32,000 nt of DNA, taken from positions 2,430,001-2,462,000 of the forward strand of contig NC_014972.1 in the NCBI RefSeq assembly GCF_000186885.1, written 5' to 3'. Both the position numbers and the translations under genes were made by a program. Every line of letters begins with the position of its first letter. Position 1 is the stretch's first letter. Below, one piece after another: positions 6,900-15,812 of the stretch. Origin of the DNA: Desulfobulbus propionicus DSM 2032. Lineage in GTDB: Bacteria; Desulfobacterota; Desulfobulbia; Desulfobulbales; Desulfobulbaceae. Below the pieces are notes generated by a model. It worked only from the letters and a program-made list of their open reading frames with translations, was not told the origin of the DNA and did no database searches.

Positions 6900-9404
6900 A
6901 TGGGCAGCATCAGTTTGACCATTGACGGCCGCATGGTCGAGGTCGAGAAAGGGACCACGGTCCTCCAGGCCGCCCGCCAGGCGGGCATCACCATCCCCAC
7001 CATCTGCGACCACAAGGACCTCAACCCTTACGGCGCCTGCCGGATGTGCATCGTCGAGATCGAGGGCGTGCGCGGGTATCCCACCTCCTGCACCACCCCG
7101 GCCACCCCGGGCATGCAGGTGACCACCCAATCGGAGCGGTTGACCGAACTTCGCAATCGCACCCTGGAGTTGATGTTTTCCGGCCATCCCAACAGCTGCC
7201 TGGTCTGTCCCCACCGCGAGGCCTGCGAGCAGTACCGGCCCAAGGCCACCAAGGCAGCCCGCTCCACCCGCTGCGGTTTCTGCGCCAACCGCGACGAATG
7301 CGACCTGCGCGCCATGGCCCTGCGGGCGGGCAGCCGGGAGTTACACCTGCCCACCCTCTATGCGTCCTACAACCTGGAGCGGGACGACCCCTTCATGGAC
7401 CGGGACTACAACCTGTGCGTGCTCTGCGGCCGTTGCTGGCGCATCTGCGAGAAGATCCATGGCCAGCCCGCCATCTCGATCATCAACCGGGGCAAGTGGG
7501 CCCGCATCGGCACCGCCTTTGACACCAGCCACGTCCACTCCGGTTGCACCTTCTGCGGCGCCTGTATCGACATCTGTCCCACCGGCACCCTCACCGACCG
7601 CTTCGCCCGCTGGCACGGCAAGCCCGAGCTGGAAATGCCCTCGACCTGTCTGCTCTGTAGCGAAGGCTGTTCGGTGGTGGCGCAGAGCAAGGAAGGACAA
7701 CTGCTGGCCTACACCATGACCGGATTCAACCGCGAATCCGGCCTCTGTGCCCTGGGGCGCTTCGGCGCGGCCCAGATCGTCAACTCCAACCAGCGACTGA
7801 TTCGGCCCCTGGTGCGGGAGGGCGAGGACCTGATCCCCTATGATTGGGAAGGGGCCATCCAGGCCGCGGCCGACGGCTTGCGCGGCTGCGTGGGGACGAC
7901 TGCGCTGGTGATCAGCGCCACCACCTCGCGCGAGGACCGGTTCCTCTATGCCCAGCTGGCCAGCCATCTGCAGGCTCCGCTGGTGCTCCTCGACGCTGCC
8001 GCCGATGGCGAGGATCCGGCTGTCCAACAGATCGCCCAGGACTTGAAGAACGGCACCCTGCGGGCCATCATCACCAACGGCAACCTCCTGCCCCTGGAGG
8101 CCATCCGGGCCGCTGGCTTTTCGCTGGTGATCGACTGTCTGCCCTCGCCGCTGTCCGAGGCGGCCAGCGTGGTCCTGCCGGCGGCGGTACTCAGCGAGAT
8201 TGAAGGCACCTTCCGCACTGCCGGCGGCGCCATCAAGACCATGGCCGCCTCCAGCCAGGCGCCGGGCCATGCCCTGCCGGAGCGGCAGATTCTCTGTTCG
8301 CTCGGTCAGGCCCTGGGCAGTGGCGAGTTCGATTTCGCCAGTGCCGCCAACGTCACGCCGCTGATCGTCGACGACCCGGCGCCACCGCAGGTCAAAGGCC
8401 ATCCCCGCGATCAGGTCCGCGACCTGCTGCCCCGCTTCCGTGGTCATCTGCTCGCCGACATTGTCCCGGCCCTGGCCGCCTTCGGCCTGCCCGCCACCCC
8501 TGCCGTACCGACCTTGGAGGTGTGCCCAGCCGGAGGTTTCGCCCTGCTGGAGAAACGGGAAATCGTGCCCAATATGCATTTCTTCAAGATCCGGGCGCCC
8601 CAGGTGGCCAAGTTCGCCCTGCCCGGCCAGTTCGTTATCCTCATGGCCAAGGAGACCTCGGAGCGTTCGCCCTTTACCCTGGTGGATTGGGACGCGAGTG
8701 AGGGTTGGATCTCGCTGGTGATTGAGGAGGTCGGCCGTTCCAGCCGTGAACTGGCCTCGCTCAAGGCCGGCGACTGTATCGCCCATGTCAGCGGCCCGCT
8801 GGGGCTGCCGTTGCCCATTGAGAACAAGGGCACGGTGCTGCTTGGCGGTGGCTGCTACGGCATCGGCGCCATCTTCCCCCTGGCCCGGGCCCTGCGTCAG
8901 GCCGGCAACCGGGTGATCTGCGCCATCGAGGCCTCCTCTTCCTATCTGCTCTACCGCCAGGAGGAGCTGCGCACGGTCTGCGACGAGTTGCTCCTGGCCA
9001 CCAAGGACGGCAGCGAAGGTGTGCAGGGTGGCGTTCAGGAGCTGTTGGCCCAGGCGGTCGCGCGCGAGCCGATCAATCAGTTCATCGCCATCGGCTGCAC
9101 CTTCATGATGCGCATGGTCACCGAGATCAGCCGGTCGCTCAATATCCCCACCCTGGTGGCGCTCAACCCGATCATGGTCGACGGCACCGGCATGTGCGGC
9201 GCCTGTCGCGTTTCCGTGGGCGAGAAAACACAGTTTGCCTGCGTGGATGGTCCGATCTTTGATGGCCACAGCGTGGACTGGGATGAGCTGGCCTCGCGGC
9301 GCAGCGCCTATGCCCGCCAGGAGGTGCAGGCCCTGTCGCAGAGTGTGGATCTGAACGCGCTGGTGCTGCCGTCCCAGGGCGGTGGCTGCGGCTGCGGCCG
9401 ATAA
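6900..9404 (+). CDS. Fusion protein: NuoG/HydA-N-like Fe-S module + short molybdopterin-oxidoreductase-like remnant + NfnA (NfnS)-like FAD/NAD(P) reductase domain
   Basis: N-terminal 2Fe-2S (CDHKDLNPYGACRMC). HPNSCLVCPHREAC (H-x3-C-x2-C-x5-C). Two ferredoxin-type clusters (CVLCGRCWRIC, CTFCGACIDICP). MopB-type CLLCSEGC...C. From ~nt 8535 (aa ~545): FFKIRAP...PGQFVIL...RSPFTL...GGGCYGIGAIFP...NPIMVDGTGMCGACRVSVG..FACVDGPIFDG, colinear with NfnA/PyrK-type reductases. AAGGAG SD before ATG 6900. Confidence 0.85.
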   Translation: MGSISLTIDGRMVEVEKGTTVLQAARQAGITIPTICDHKDLNPYGACRMCIVEIEGVRGYPTSCTTPATPGMQVTTQSERLTELRNRTLELMFSGHPNSCLVCPHREACEQYRPKATKAARSTRCGFCANRDECDLRAMALRAGSRELHLPTLYASYNLERDDPFMDRDYNLCVLCGRCWRICEKIHGQPAISIINRGKWARIGTAFDTSHVHSGCTFCGACIDICPTGTLTDRFARWHGKPELEMPSTCLLCSEGCSVVAQSKEGQLLAYTMTGFNRESGLCALGRFGAAQIVNSNQRLIRPLVREGEDLIPYDWEGAIQAAADGLRGCVGTTALVISATTSREDRFLYAQLASHLQAPLVLLDAAADGEDPAVQQIAQDLKNGTLRAIITNGNLLPLEAIRAAGFSLVIDCLPSPLSEAASVVLPAAVLSEIEGTFRTAGGAIKTMAASSQAPGHALPERQILCSLGQALGSGEFDFASAANVTPLIVDDPAPPQVKGHPRDQVRDLLPRFRGHLLADIVPALAAFGLPATPAVPTLEVCPAGGFALLEKREIVPNMHFFKIRAPQVAKFALPGQFVILMAKETSERSPFTLVDWDASEGWISLVIEEVGRSSRELASLKAGDCIAHVSGPLGLPLPIENKGTVLLGGGCYGIGAIFPLARALRQAGNRVICAIEASSSYLLYRQEELRTVCDELLLATKDGSEGVQGGVQELLAQAVAREPINQFIAIGCTFMMRMVTEISRSLNIPTLVALNPIMVDGTGMCGACRVSVGEKTQFACVDGPIFDGHSVDWDELASRRSAYARQEVQALSQSVDLNALVLPSQGGGCGCGR

Positions 9405-9441
9405 TTCGAGTGAATCGAGTGATTTTGCGGAGTATGCAAGC

Positions 9442-10890
9442 ATGACAACCAACGAACCCATGGCCGAGCAAGCAGCAACCCCCAAGAAAGGCAAGGCAAA
9501 GACCCCGCGCCAACCCATGCCCGAGCAGGACCCTCGCCGTCGCCGCTACAACTTCGAGGAGGTGCCCCGCGGCTACAGCGAGGAAACCGCCATGCTCGAG
9601 GCCTCGCGCTGCATCCAGTGCAAGAAGCCAGGCTGCGTCGAAGGCTGTCCGGTCAACATCCACATCCCGGCCTTCATTAAGCTGATTGCCGAAGGAAAAT
9701 TCATCGACGCCCTGCTCAAACTGAAAGAACAGACGGCCCTACCGGCGGTCTGCGGCCGGGTCTGCCCGCAGGAAAGCCAGTGCGAGGCGCGCTGCATCCT
9801 GGGCAAGAAGGGTGAGCCGGTGGCCATCGGCCGCCTGGAACGGTTTGCCGCCGATTACGCCCGCAAGCACGGCGGCGTGCCGGAGCCGGTCAAGGCCGCA
9901 GCCACGGGCAAACGGGTGGCGATTGTCGGCGCCGGGCCGGCCGGGATCACCGTGGCTGGCGAGCTGGCCCGCTGGGGCCACGAGGTGGTGATGTTCGAGG
10001 CCCTGCACCTGGCCGGCGGCGTGCTGATGTACGGCATTCCCCAGTTTCGTTTGCCCAAGGAGATCGTCCAGTTCGAGATCAACAGCCTCAAGCGGCTGGG
10101 CGTCACCATCCACACCGACTACGTGATCGGCAAGTCCGAGACCGTGGGCCAGTTGATGGAGCAGGGCTTTGACGCGGTGTTCATCGCCACCGGCGCCGGT
10201 CTGCCGGTGTTTCTTGGCATTCCCGGCGAGAATGCCATCGGCGTTTTCTCGGCCAACGAGTTTCTCACCCGCGCCAACCTAATGCGGGCCATCGATTTTC
10301 CCCGCTTTGCCACCTCGCCCATCCGCCCCCACCGAGCGGTGACCGTGGGCGGCGGCAACGTGGCCATGGACGCGGCCCGCACCGCCCTGCGGTTAGGTGC
10401 GGAATCGACCATCGTTTACCGCCGTTCCAAGGCGGAGATGCCGGCCCGCGCCGAAGAAGTCCATCATGCCGAGGAGGAGGGCGTGGTCTTCCACCTGCTC
10501 ACCAATCCGGTACGGATCGTCACCGATGCGCGCAACCGGGTGACCGGCGTCGAATGTCTGCGCATGGAACTGGGCGAACCCGATGCCTCGGGCCGGCGGC
10601 GACCGGTGGCGGTCAAGGGCAGTGAATTCATTGTCCCGGCCGACACGGTGATCGTGGCCATCGGCAACCAGCCCAATCCCCTGGTGCCGCAGACCGCGCC
10701 CGAAATCGAGACCTCCAAGCGGGGCACCATCACCGCCGATCCAGTCACCATGATGACCTCCAAGCCCGGCGTCTTTGCCGGCGGCGACATCGTCTCCGGC
10801 GCGGCCACGGTGATCAGCGCCATGGGCCAGGGCAAGACCGCGGCCCTGCACATCCATCGCTACCTCATGGGCGGCGACCCGCCCCGATGA
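9442..10890 (+). CDS. nfnB: NfnB / GltD-like NAD(P)H-dependent oxidoreductase (two [4Fe-4S] + FAD)
   Basis: RCIQCKKPGCVEGCPV...CGRVCPQESQCEARC followed by VAIVGAGPAGITVAGELA, GGVLMYGIPQFRLPK and FAGGD. Start set at ATG 9442, downstream of the preceding stop at 9404; the ORF-track start at 9382 overlaps that gene. Confidence 0.9.
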   Translation: MTTNEPMAEQAATPKKGKAKTPRQPMPEQDPRRRRYNFEEVPRGYSEETAMLEASRCIQCKKPGCVEGCPVNIHIPAFIKLIAEGKFIDALLKLKEQTALPAVCGRVCPQESQCEARCILGKKGEPVAIGRLERFAADYARKHGGVPEPVKAAATGKRVAIVGAGPAGITVAGELARWGHEVVMFEALHLAGGVLMYGIPQFRLPKEIVQFEINSLKRLGVTIHTDYVIGKSETVGQLMEQGFDAVFIATGAGLPVFLGIPGENAIGVFSANEFLTRANLMRAIDFPRFATSPIRPHRAVTVGGGNVAMDAARTALRLGAESTIVYRRSKAEMPARAEEVHHAEEEGVVFHLLTNPVRIVTDARNRVTGVECLRMELGEPDASGRRRPVAVKGSEFIVPADTVIVAIGNQPNPLVPQTAPEIETSKRGTITADPVTMMTSKPGVFAGGDIVSGAATVISAMGQGKTAALHIHRYLMGGDPPR

Positions 10891-10898
10891 ACGGGCAT

Positions 10899-10925
10899 GG
10901 GCGGCATCCAACCAGGCTGCCGCCC
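10899..10925 (+). terminator. Candidate terminator hairpin after nfnB-like gene
   Basis: GGGCGGCA-tccaaccaggc-TGCCGCCC (8-bp perfect stem) begins 9 nt after the stop. The downstream tract GTCGTCCTCTTGTTCG is only moderately T-rich. Confidence 0.35.
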
Positions 10926-10967
10926 GTCGTCCTCTTGTTCGCCCTTCCCTGTAGCAAACCGAAAACG

Positions 10968-10996
10968 TTGACATTGTCAGCGTGGTTGCGTACATT
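10968..10996 (+). promoter_or_regulatory. Candidate sigma70-type promoter for the macro-domain operon
   Basis: TTGACA, a 17-nt spacer, then TACATT. It would give a ~175-nt leader before ATG 11181. Confidence 0.5.
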
Positions 10997-11180
10997 CCGC
11001 TTGTATTCCTGAACAGCGGCCGATCCCATCGCTCCCTGTCGGTGCATTGCACTGTTCACCTTCCGCGTTCGTGTCCGTATGCTCCGACACAGCCGCAACG
11101 ATCGCCCAGCAATCCGCTACCCTGCCGGTGCGCCCGACCAACACCGAGGTTGCCCGAACACTGTCCACAAGGAGATTGCG

Positions 11181-11690
11181 ATGATCCATCTGGTTGAAGC
11201 CGACATCACCACCCTGAAAGTCGATGCCATCGTCAATGCCGCCAACGAAACCCTGCTCGGCGGAGGAGGAGTCGACGGCGCCATCCACCGGGCCGCCGGA
11301 CCGCAACTGCTGGAAGAGTGCCGCGCCATCGGCGGCTGCAAGACCGGCCAGGCGGTGATCACCAAGGGCTACGATCTGCCGGCCAAGCACGTGATTCACA
11401 CCGTGGGGCCGATCTGGCGGGGCGGCAACAACAACGAACCGGCCCTGCTGGCGAGCTGTTACCGCAACTGCCTGGAACTGGCCGTACGGAACAACATCGA
11501 CTCGATCGCCTTTCCAGCCATCAGTTGCGGCGCCTACGGTTTCCCGTTGGATGAGGCGGCCGACATCGCCGTGGACACCATTCAGTCGTTCCTCAACCGC
11601 AACGGCAAGCCGACAGAAGTCTATATCGTCTGCTTCCAGCCCAGGGCAAAATTTGCCTTTGCCGCCGCCATCCGAGGGCTGGAGGAATGA
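11181..11690 (+). CDS. Macro-domain protein (YmdB/O-acetyl-ADP-ribose deacetylase-like)
   Basis: [29 protein letters not shown]...HTVGPIW...[14 protein letters not shown] are canonical macro-domain motifs. AAGGAG lies 6 nt before ATG 11181. Confidence 0.9.
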   Translation: MIHLVEADITTLKVDAIVNAANETLLGGGGVDGAIHRAAGPQLLEECRAIGGCKTGQAVITKGYDLPAKHVIHTVGPIWRGGNNNEPALLASCYRNCLELAVRNNIDSIAFPAISCGAYGFPLDEAADIAVDTIQSFLNRNGKPTEVYIVCFQPRAKFAFAAAIRGLEE

Positions 11691-12151
11691 ATTTTTCGTC
11701 CCCCGCGAGCACCGCCGCCATGCCCACGCCGTTTTCCCGCGATCTGTTCACCTACGGCTCGCTGATGTGCGAGGAGATCATGGCCGAGGTGGCCGGTTCT
11801 CGCTTGCCGTCCACCCCGGCAACCCTTGCCGGGTACCGCCGGTTTCTGGTCCAGGATGAGCAATATCCCGGGGTGGTCGTGGACCCGGCCGGGGTGGTGG
11901 CGGGGATGGTCTATCACACCATTTCTCCGGACAACTGGAAGCGGTTGGATCGCTTCGAAGGCGAGATGTACGACCGCCGACCCGTCACCGTGCGGTATGC
12001 GGACGGATGCGAAGCGGTGGTCGACTGTTATCTGTTCCGTCCTGAATTCGCCCACCGGCTGACCGCGACCGAGTGGGATTTCGCCGCCTTCCTCCACGAC
12101 GGCAAGCAGCAGTTTCACCAGCAGTATCGCGGTTTCAAGGCGATTGACTGA
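11687..12151 (+). CDS. Gamma-glutamylcyclotransferase-family protein (GGACT/AIG2-like)
   Basis: LFTYGSLM...LAGYRRF...YPGVV...GMVY...[16 protein letters not shown] matches the AIG2/GGACT pattern (YGSL plus the catalytic-Glu region). ATGA overlap with the macro gene at 11687-11690. Confidence 0.8.
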   Translation: MNFSSPASTAAMPTPFSRDLFTYGSLMCEEIMAEVAGSRLPSTPATLAGYRRFLVQDEQYPGVVVDPAGVVAGMVYHTISPDNWKRLDRFEGEMYDRRPVTVRYADGCEAVVDCYLFRPEFAHRLTATEWDFAAFLHDGKQQFHQQYRGFKAID

Positions 12152-12212
12152 GTTCCCGGCCGTACAAGGCCGTTGCCGGATCGCCCAACCTCCCTCCAGG
12201 CAAGGAGTTGCC

Positions 12213-13907
12213 ATGCGCATAGGAATCGATATCGGTGGCACCCACACCGATGGCGTGCTCATCGACGGCTGCCGGCTGATCGCCGCGGCCAAGGCCCCCA
12301 CCAACCACGACAATCTGCTCGCATCGATCACCCAGGTCCTGCACACGGTCCTTGCCGGCCAGGACCCCGCCCGGGTACGAACCCTCAACTTGAGCACCAC
12401 CTTGACCACCAATGCCATCGTCACCGGCAAGACCGATCCGGTGGGCATGCTGGTGGTCGGTGGCCCGGGAATCGCGGCCAAGCATTACCGCATCGGCGAT
12501 CATTACCACCAGATCTACGGCAGCCTCGACCATCTGGGCACCGAGACATCAAGCCTGGATGAACAGGATCTGGACGAAGCGATCACCGCCTGCCGCGATC
12601 AGGGGGTGAAGTGCTTTGGGGTGGCCTGTAAATTCTCGCCGCGCAATCCGGCCTTTGAAAACCGCATCCGCGAGGAACTGGGCGATCAGGCCGACTTCAT
12701 CACCCTCGGCCATCTGGTTTCGGGCCAGCTCAACTTCGGCCGCCGCATCCACACCGTGTACTACAACTCGGCGGTGTGGCGCACCTTCCGCAGCTTTGCC
12801 GGCGCCCTCAATGCCAGCCTCAAGGGCTTTGCCCTCGACGCCGAGGTCAACATCCTCAAGGCCGATGGCGGCACCATGCCGATCGCCCGCGCTTTGGACG
12901 CGCCGGTGCAGTCGATCTTTTCCGGGCCGGCCGCCTCGGTGATGGGTATCCTGGCCACCTGCCCGGCAACCGAAGATTTGTTGATGCTCGATATCGGCGG
13001 TACCACCTCGGACATCGCCTTGTTTGCCGGTGGCGAACCGCTGCTGGAGCGGGAAGGCATCGCCATCGAGGACCGGCCCACCCTGGTGCGGGCCATTCAT
13101 GTGGAATCGATCGGCATCGGCGGCGATTCGCTGATCCGGGTGGTCGATGGGGTGGTCACAACTGGGCCGGATCGGCTCGGTCCCTGCATGGCCGCCGGCG
13201 GGTCGGCACCCAGCCTGATGGACGCGCTCAACGTCCTCGAACTGGCGGCCTTTGGCGAGGTGGAACGCTCCCGCGAGGGGATACACGCCCTGGCATCGGC
13301 CCATCAACTGGACAGCACTGCCCTGGCCGAGCAGGCGGTGGACGCGGCATTGGCCACCATCGGCGCCAAAATCGACACCCTGGTGCGCATGGTCAATACC
13401 AAGCCGGTTTACACCATCCACGAAATTCTCGAGGATCGGGAGATCAAGCCGCGCAAGCTGATCGTCATCGGCGGACCGGCCGCGGTATTCCAGGAACTGC
13501 TCGCCAAGCGACTGGGCATGGCCGTTGAGGTTCCGCCCCTGCACGGCGTGGCCAACGCGGTCGGCGCGGCCCTGACCCGCACCACCAGCCACCTGGCCCT
13601 GACCGCCAACACCGCCCGCGGGCAGCTGTCGGTGCCGATGCTCGGCATCTTCCGTACCGTCGCTCGCGGTTACAGTCTTCAAGAGGCCACCAGCGAGGCC
13701 AAGAGCCTGTTGCGTGCCGATCTGGACAAGGCGGGCGTGTCCCTGGCCGACGATGACATTCAGATCACCCAGGCGGATGCCTTCAACATGGTGGAAGGCT
13801 CGTACACCGCCGGAAAAAACATCCGGGTAGTGGCCCAGGTGCGGCCCGCGGTGGTGGCCCGGTTGGCCGGCGATTCTGTTCCCGTCCGCCTTGCCGGCCA
13901 GCCCTGA
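12213..13907 (+). CDS. Hydantoinase A / oxoprolinase-family (ASKHA-fold) ATPase, no HyuB partner in window
   Basis: MRIGIDIGGTHTDGVLI, ILKADGGTMP, FSGPAASVMG and LMLDIGGTTSDIAL. AAGGAG before ATG 12213. Confidence 0.8.
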   Translation: MRIGIDIGGTHTDGVLIDGCRLIAAAKAPTNHDNLLASITQVLHTVLAGQDPARVRTLNLSTTLTTNAIVTGKTDPVGMLVVGGPGIAAKHYRIGDHYHQIYGSLDHLGTETSSLDEQDLDEAITACRDQGVKCFGVACKFSPRNPAFENRIREELGDQADFITLGHLVSGQLNFGRRIHTVYYNSAVWRTFRSFAGALNASLKGFALDAEVNILKADGGTMPIARALDAPVQSIFSGPAASVMGILATCPATEDLLMLDIGGTTSDIALFAGGEPLLEREGIAIEDRPTLVRAIHVESIGIGGDSLIRVVDGVVTTGPDRLGPCMAAGGSAPSLMDALNVLELAAFGEVERSREGIHALASAHQLDSTALAEQAVDAALATIGAKIDTLVRMVNTKPVYTIHEILEDREIKPRKLIVIGGPAAVFQELLAKRLGMAVEVPPLHGVANAVGAALTRTTSHLALTANTARGQLSVPMLGIFRTVARGYSLQEATSEAKSLLRADLDKAGVSLADDDIQITQADAFNMVEGSYTAGKNIRVVAQVRPAVVARLAGDSVPVRLAGQP

Positions 13908-13956
13908 CAGCCGCCATGCCCTTCTCTCCGCAACCTTCAGCCCCACAGGTCACCTC

Positions 13957-15273
13957 ATGCTGAAAGCCACCTCATCGCTCGGCGTCATCTTTTTCCCCGC
14001 CTTTGACTGGGCCATCTCCCCCACCCATCCCGAACGGGAGGAGCGCCTCCTCTACACCCAGGACCAGTTCCGTGAGGAAGGCCTCTTTGATATCGAGGGC
14101 ATCGACGAATATCGTCCCCTCTATGCCACCGACCAGGACATCATGCGCGCCCACTTCTGCTTCCCCTCGGTGGAGGCGGTGTGTACCGAGTCGCACCGCA
14201 TCTCCGCCGGCGGCGCCATTCAAGCCGCCCGCCTGGTGCTTGAGGGAGAAACGCGGCGCGCCTTTGCCCTGGTCCGTCCCCCCGGCCACCACGCCATGAA
14301 GGTGGTGCACGGCAACCGGGGGTTCTGCAACATCAACATCGAGGCAGTGATGGTCGAATGGATCCGCGAGCACTACGGCCGCAAACGAATCGCCATCGTC
14401 GACACCGACTGTCACCACGGTGATGGCACCCAGGACGTCTACTGGCACGATCCGGACGTGCTCTTCATTTCCCTGCATCAGGACGGCCGCACCCTCTATC
14501 CTGGCTCCGGTTTCCCCCACGAGAACGGCGGCCCGCGCGCCCTGGGCAAGACGATCAACATCCCCCTGCCGCCGCGCACCTCGGATGCCGGCTACCTCCA
14601 TGCCATCGAAAACGTGGTCCTGCCGATCCTGGCCGATTTCAAGCCCGACTTGGTGATCAACTCCGCCGGCCAGGACAACCACTACTCGGATCCGATCACC
14701 AACATGCAGTTCTCGGCCCAGGGCTATGCCCGGCTCAACGAGCTGCTCAAGCCCGACATCGCCGTGCTCGAAGGCGGCTACTCGATCAAGGGTGCCCTGC
14801 CCTACGTCAACCTTGGCATCTGCCTGGCCATGGCCGGCTGTGACTACTCGGCAGTGCGCGAACCGGATTACAACGCGGCCGCCCTGCGGGAAGATCCGGA
14901 CACCATGGAGTACATCAAAAACAGCTGTCCCCATCTGTTGGACGGCTATTTTCATCCGGCCGAAGGCGATTTCGATAAGCAGGGCGCGTACTTCATCCGT
15001 GAACGCAAAATCTATTACGACACAGACGGCATTCTCGAAAAACAGCGCGAGGAACTCAAAGACTGCGATCACTGCCGGGGCCTGCGGCTGATCAAGACCA
15101 GCTCCAGCCATCTGCTGCCCTGCCTGGGCGTGGAGCTGCCCATCGACTGCTGCCCGGCCTGCGAGCGCGAGGGGTACGAGGCCTTCGAGAAGAGCAGCAC
15201 GAAGGACTATCTGGTGACCCAGCTGCTCGACCAGAAAAACAAGCAGTTCCGCTACCGATCCAGCGGGGACTGA
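13957..15273 (+). CDS. Histone-deacetylase-family (HDAC/APAH/AcuC-like) Zn-dependent deacetylase with C-terminal Cys4 extension
   Basis: RPPGHHA, DTDCHHGDGTQ and EGGYS are HDAC catalytic motifs. The C-terminal ~110 aa carries CDHC...(x23)...CCPAC. Start at ATG 13957 chosen because 13891 overlaps the previous gene; the SD is weak. Confidence 0.88.
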   Translation: MLKATSSLGVIFFPAFDWAISPTHPEREERLLYTQDQFREEGLFDIEGIDEYRPLYATDQDIMRAHFCFPSVEAVCTESHRISAGGAIQAARLVLEGETRRAFALVRPPGHHAMKVVHGNRGFCNINIEAVMVEWIREHYGRKRIAIVDTDCHHGDGTQDVYWHDPDVLFISLHQDGRTLYPGSGFPHENGGPRALGKTINIPLPPRTSDAGYLHAIENVVLPILADFKPDLVINSAGQDNHYSDPITNMQFSAQGYARLNELLKPDIAVLEGGYSIKGALPYVNLGICLAMAGCDYSAVREPDYNAAALREDPDTMEYIKNSCPHLLDGYFHPAEGDFDKQGAYFIRERKIYYDTDGILEKQREELKDCDHCRGLRLIKTSSSHLLPCLGVELPIDCCPACEREGYEAFEKSSTKDYLVTQLLDQKNKQFRYRSSGD

Positions 15274-15278
15274 ACGGA

Positions 15279-15812
15279 ATGCCGCAGGGCACGGACACGG
15301 ACACGGATATTCCCATGGCTGACTCCCTGCTGCGCCGCTTTTTCCTGCCCAAGCCCAACCGGTTTTTTCTCCTCCGTCTGTCGGCGGTCGCCCTGGCGAC
15401 CGTGCTCTTTTTTACCCAGGTGCTGATCCCCCTGCGGATCGAGGGTTACAGCATGGAACCCACCTACCGCAACGGGACCTTCAACCTCTGCTGGCGCTGG
15501 CGCTACCTGCTGAGCGAGCCCCGGCACGGTGATGTGGTGGTGATCCGCTTCGCCGGCCGTCGGGTGATGCTGCTCAAACGGGTGGTGGCCCTGGCCGGCG
15601 ATTCCGTGGCCTTCCGTGAGGGCGTGCTGCTGATCAATGGCCAGCCGGTGACCGAACCCTACGTGCGCATGCGGTCGAACTGGAACCTGGAACCGCGCAC
15701 CGTGGCAGCGGGCAAGGTCTACGTGGTGGGCGACAATCGCGGCGTGCCCATCGAGCGGCACCATTTTGGCCAAGTGGACCAGGAACGGATCATGGGAGGT
15801 GTGCTGTGGTGA
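15279..15812 (+). CDS. S26-family signal peptidase I-like protein (short form)
   Basis: GYSMEPT (Ser box), LLKRVVALAGD (Lys box) and VVGDNRG, with one N-terminal TM helix. The start may be ATG 15279 or ATG 15315. Confidence 0.8.
   Translation: MPQGTDTDTDIPMADSLLRRFFLPKPNRFFLLRLSAVALATVLFFTQVLIPLRIEGYSMEPTYRNGTFNLCWRWRYLLSEPRHGDVVVIRFAGRRVMLLKRVVALAGDSVAFREGVLLINGQPVTEPYVRMRSNWNLEPRTVAAGKVYVVGDNRGVPIERHHFGQVDQERIMGGVLW

Noticed and set aside
9382-9441. Upstream in-frame start codons extending several genes (9382, 12144, 13891, 11079, 3395, 2585, 17295, 24582, 31420)
   Set aside because: These extensions overlap the preceding gene or lack an SD. Family homology begins at the downstream ATG/GTG, which in most cases has a good SD, so the downstream starts were used.
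15285-15310. Short tandem GGACAC/ACGGAC repeat encoding TDTDTD at the S26 peptidase 5' end
   Set aside because: Only about three units. It may not even be translated if the start is at 15315. No evidence of phase-variation-type repeat length.
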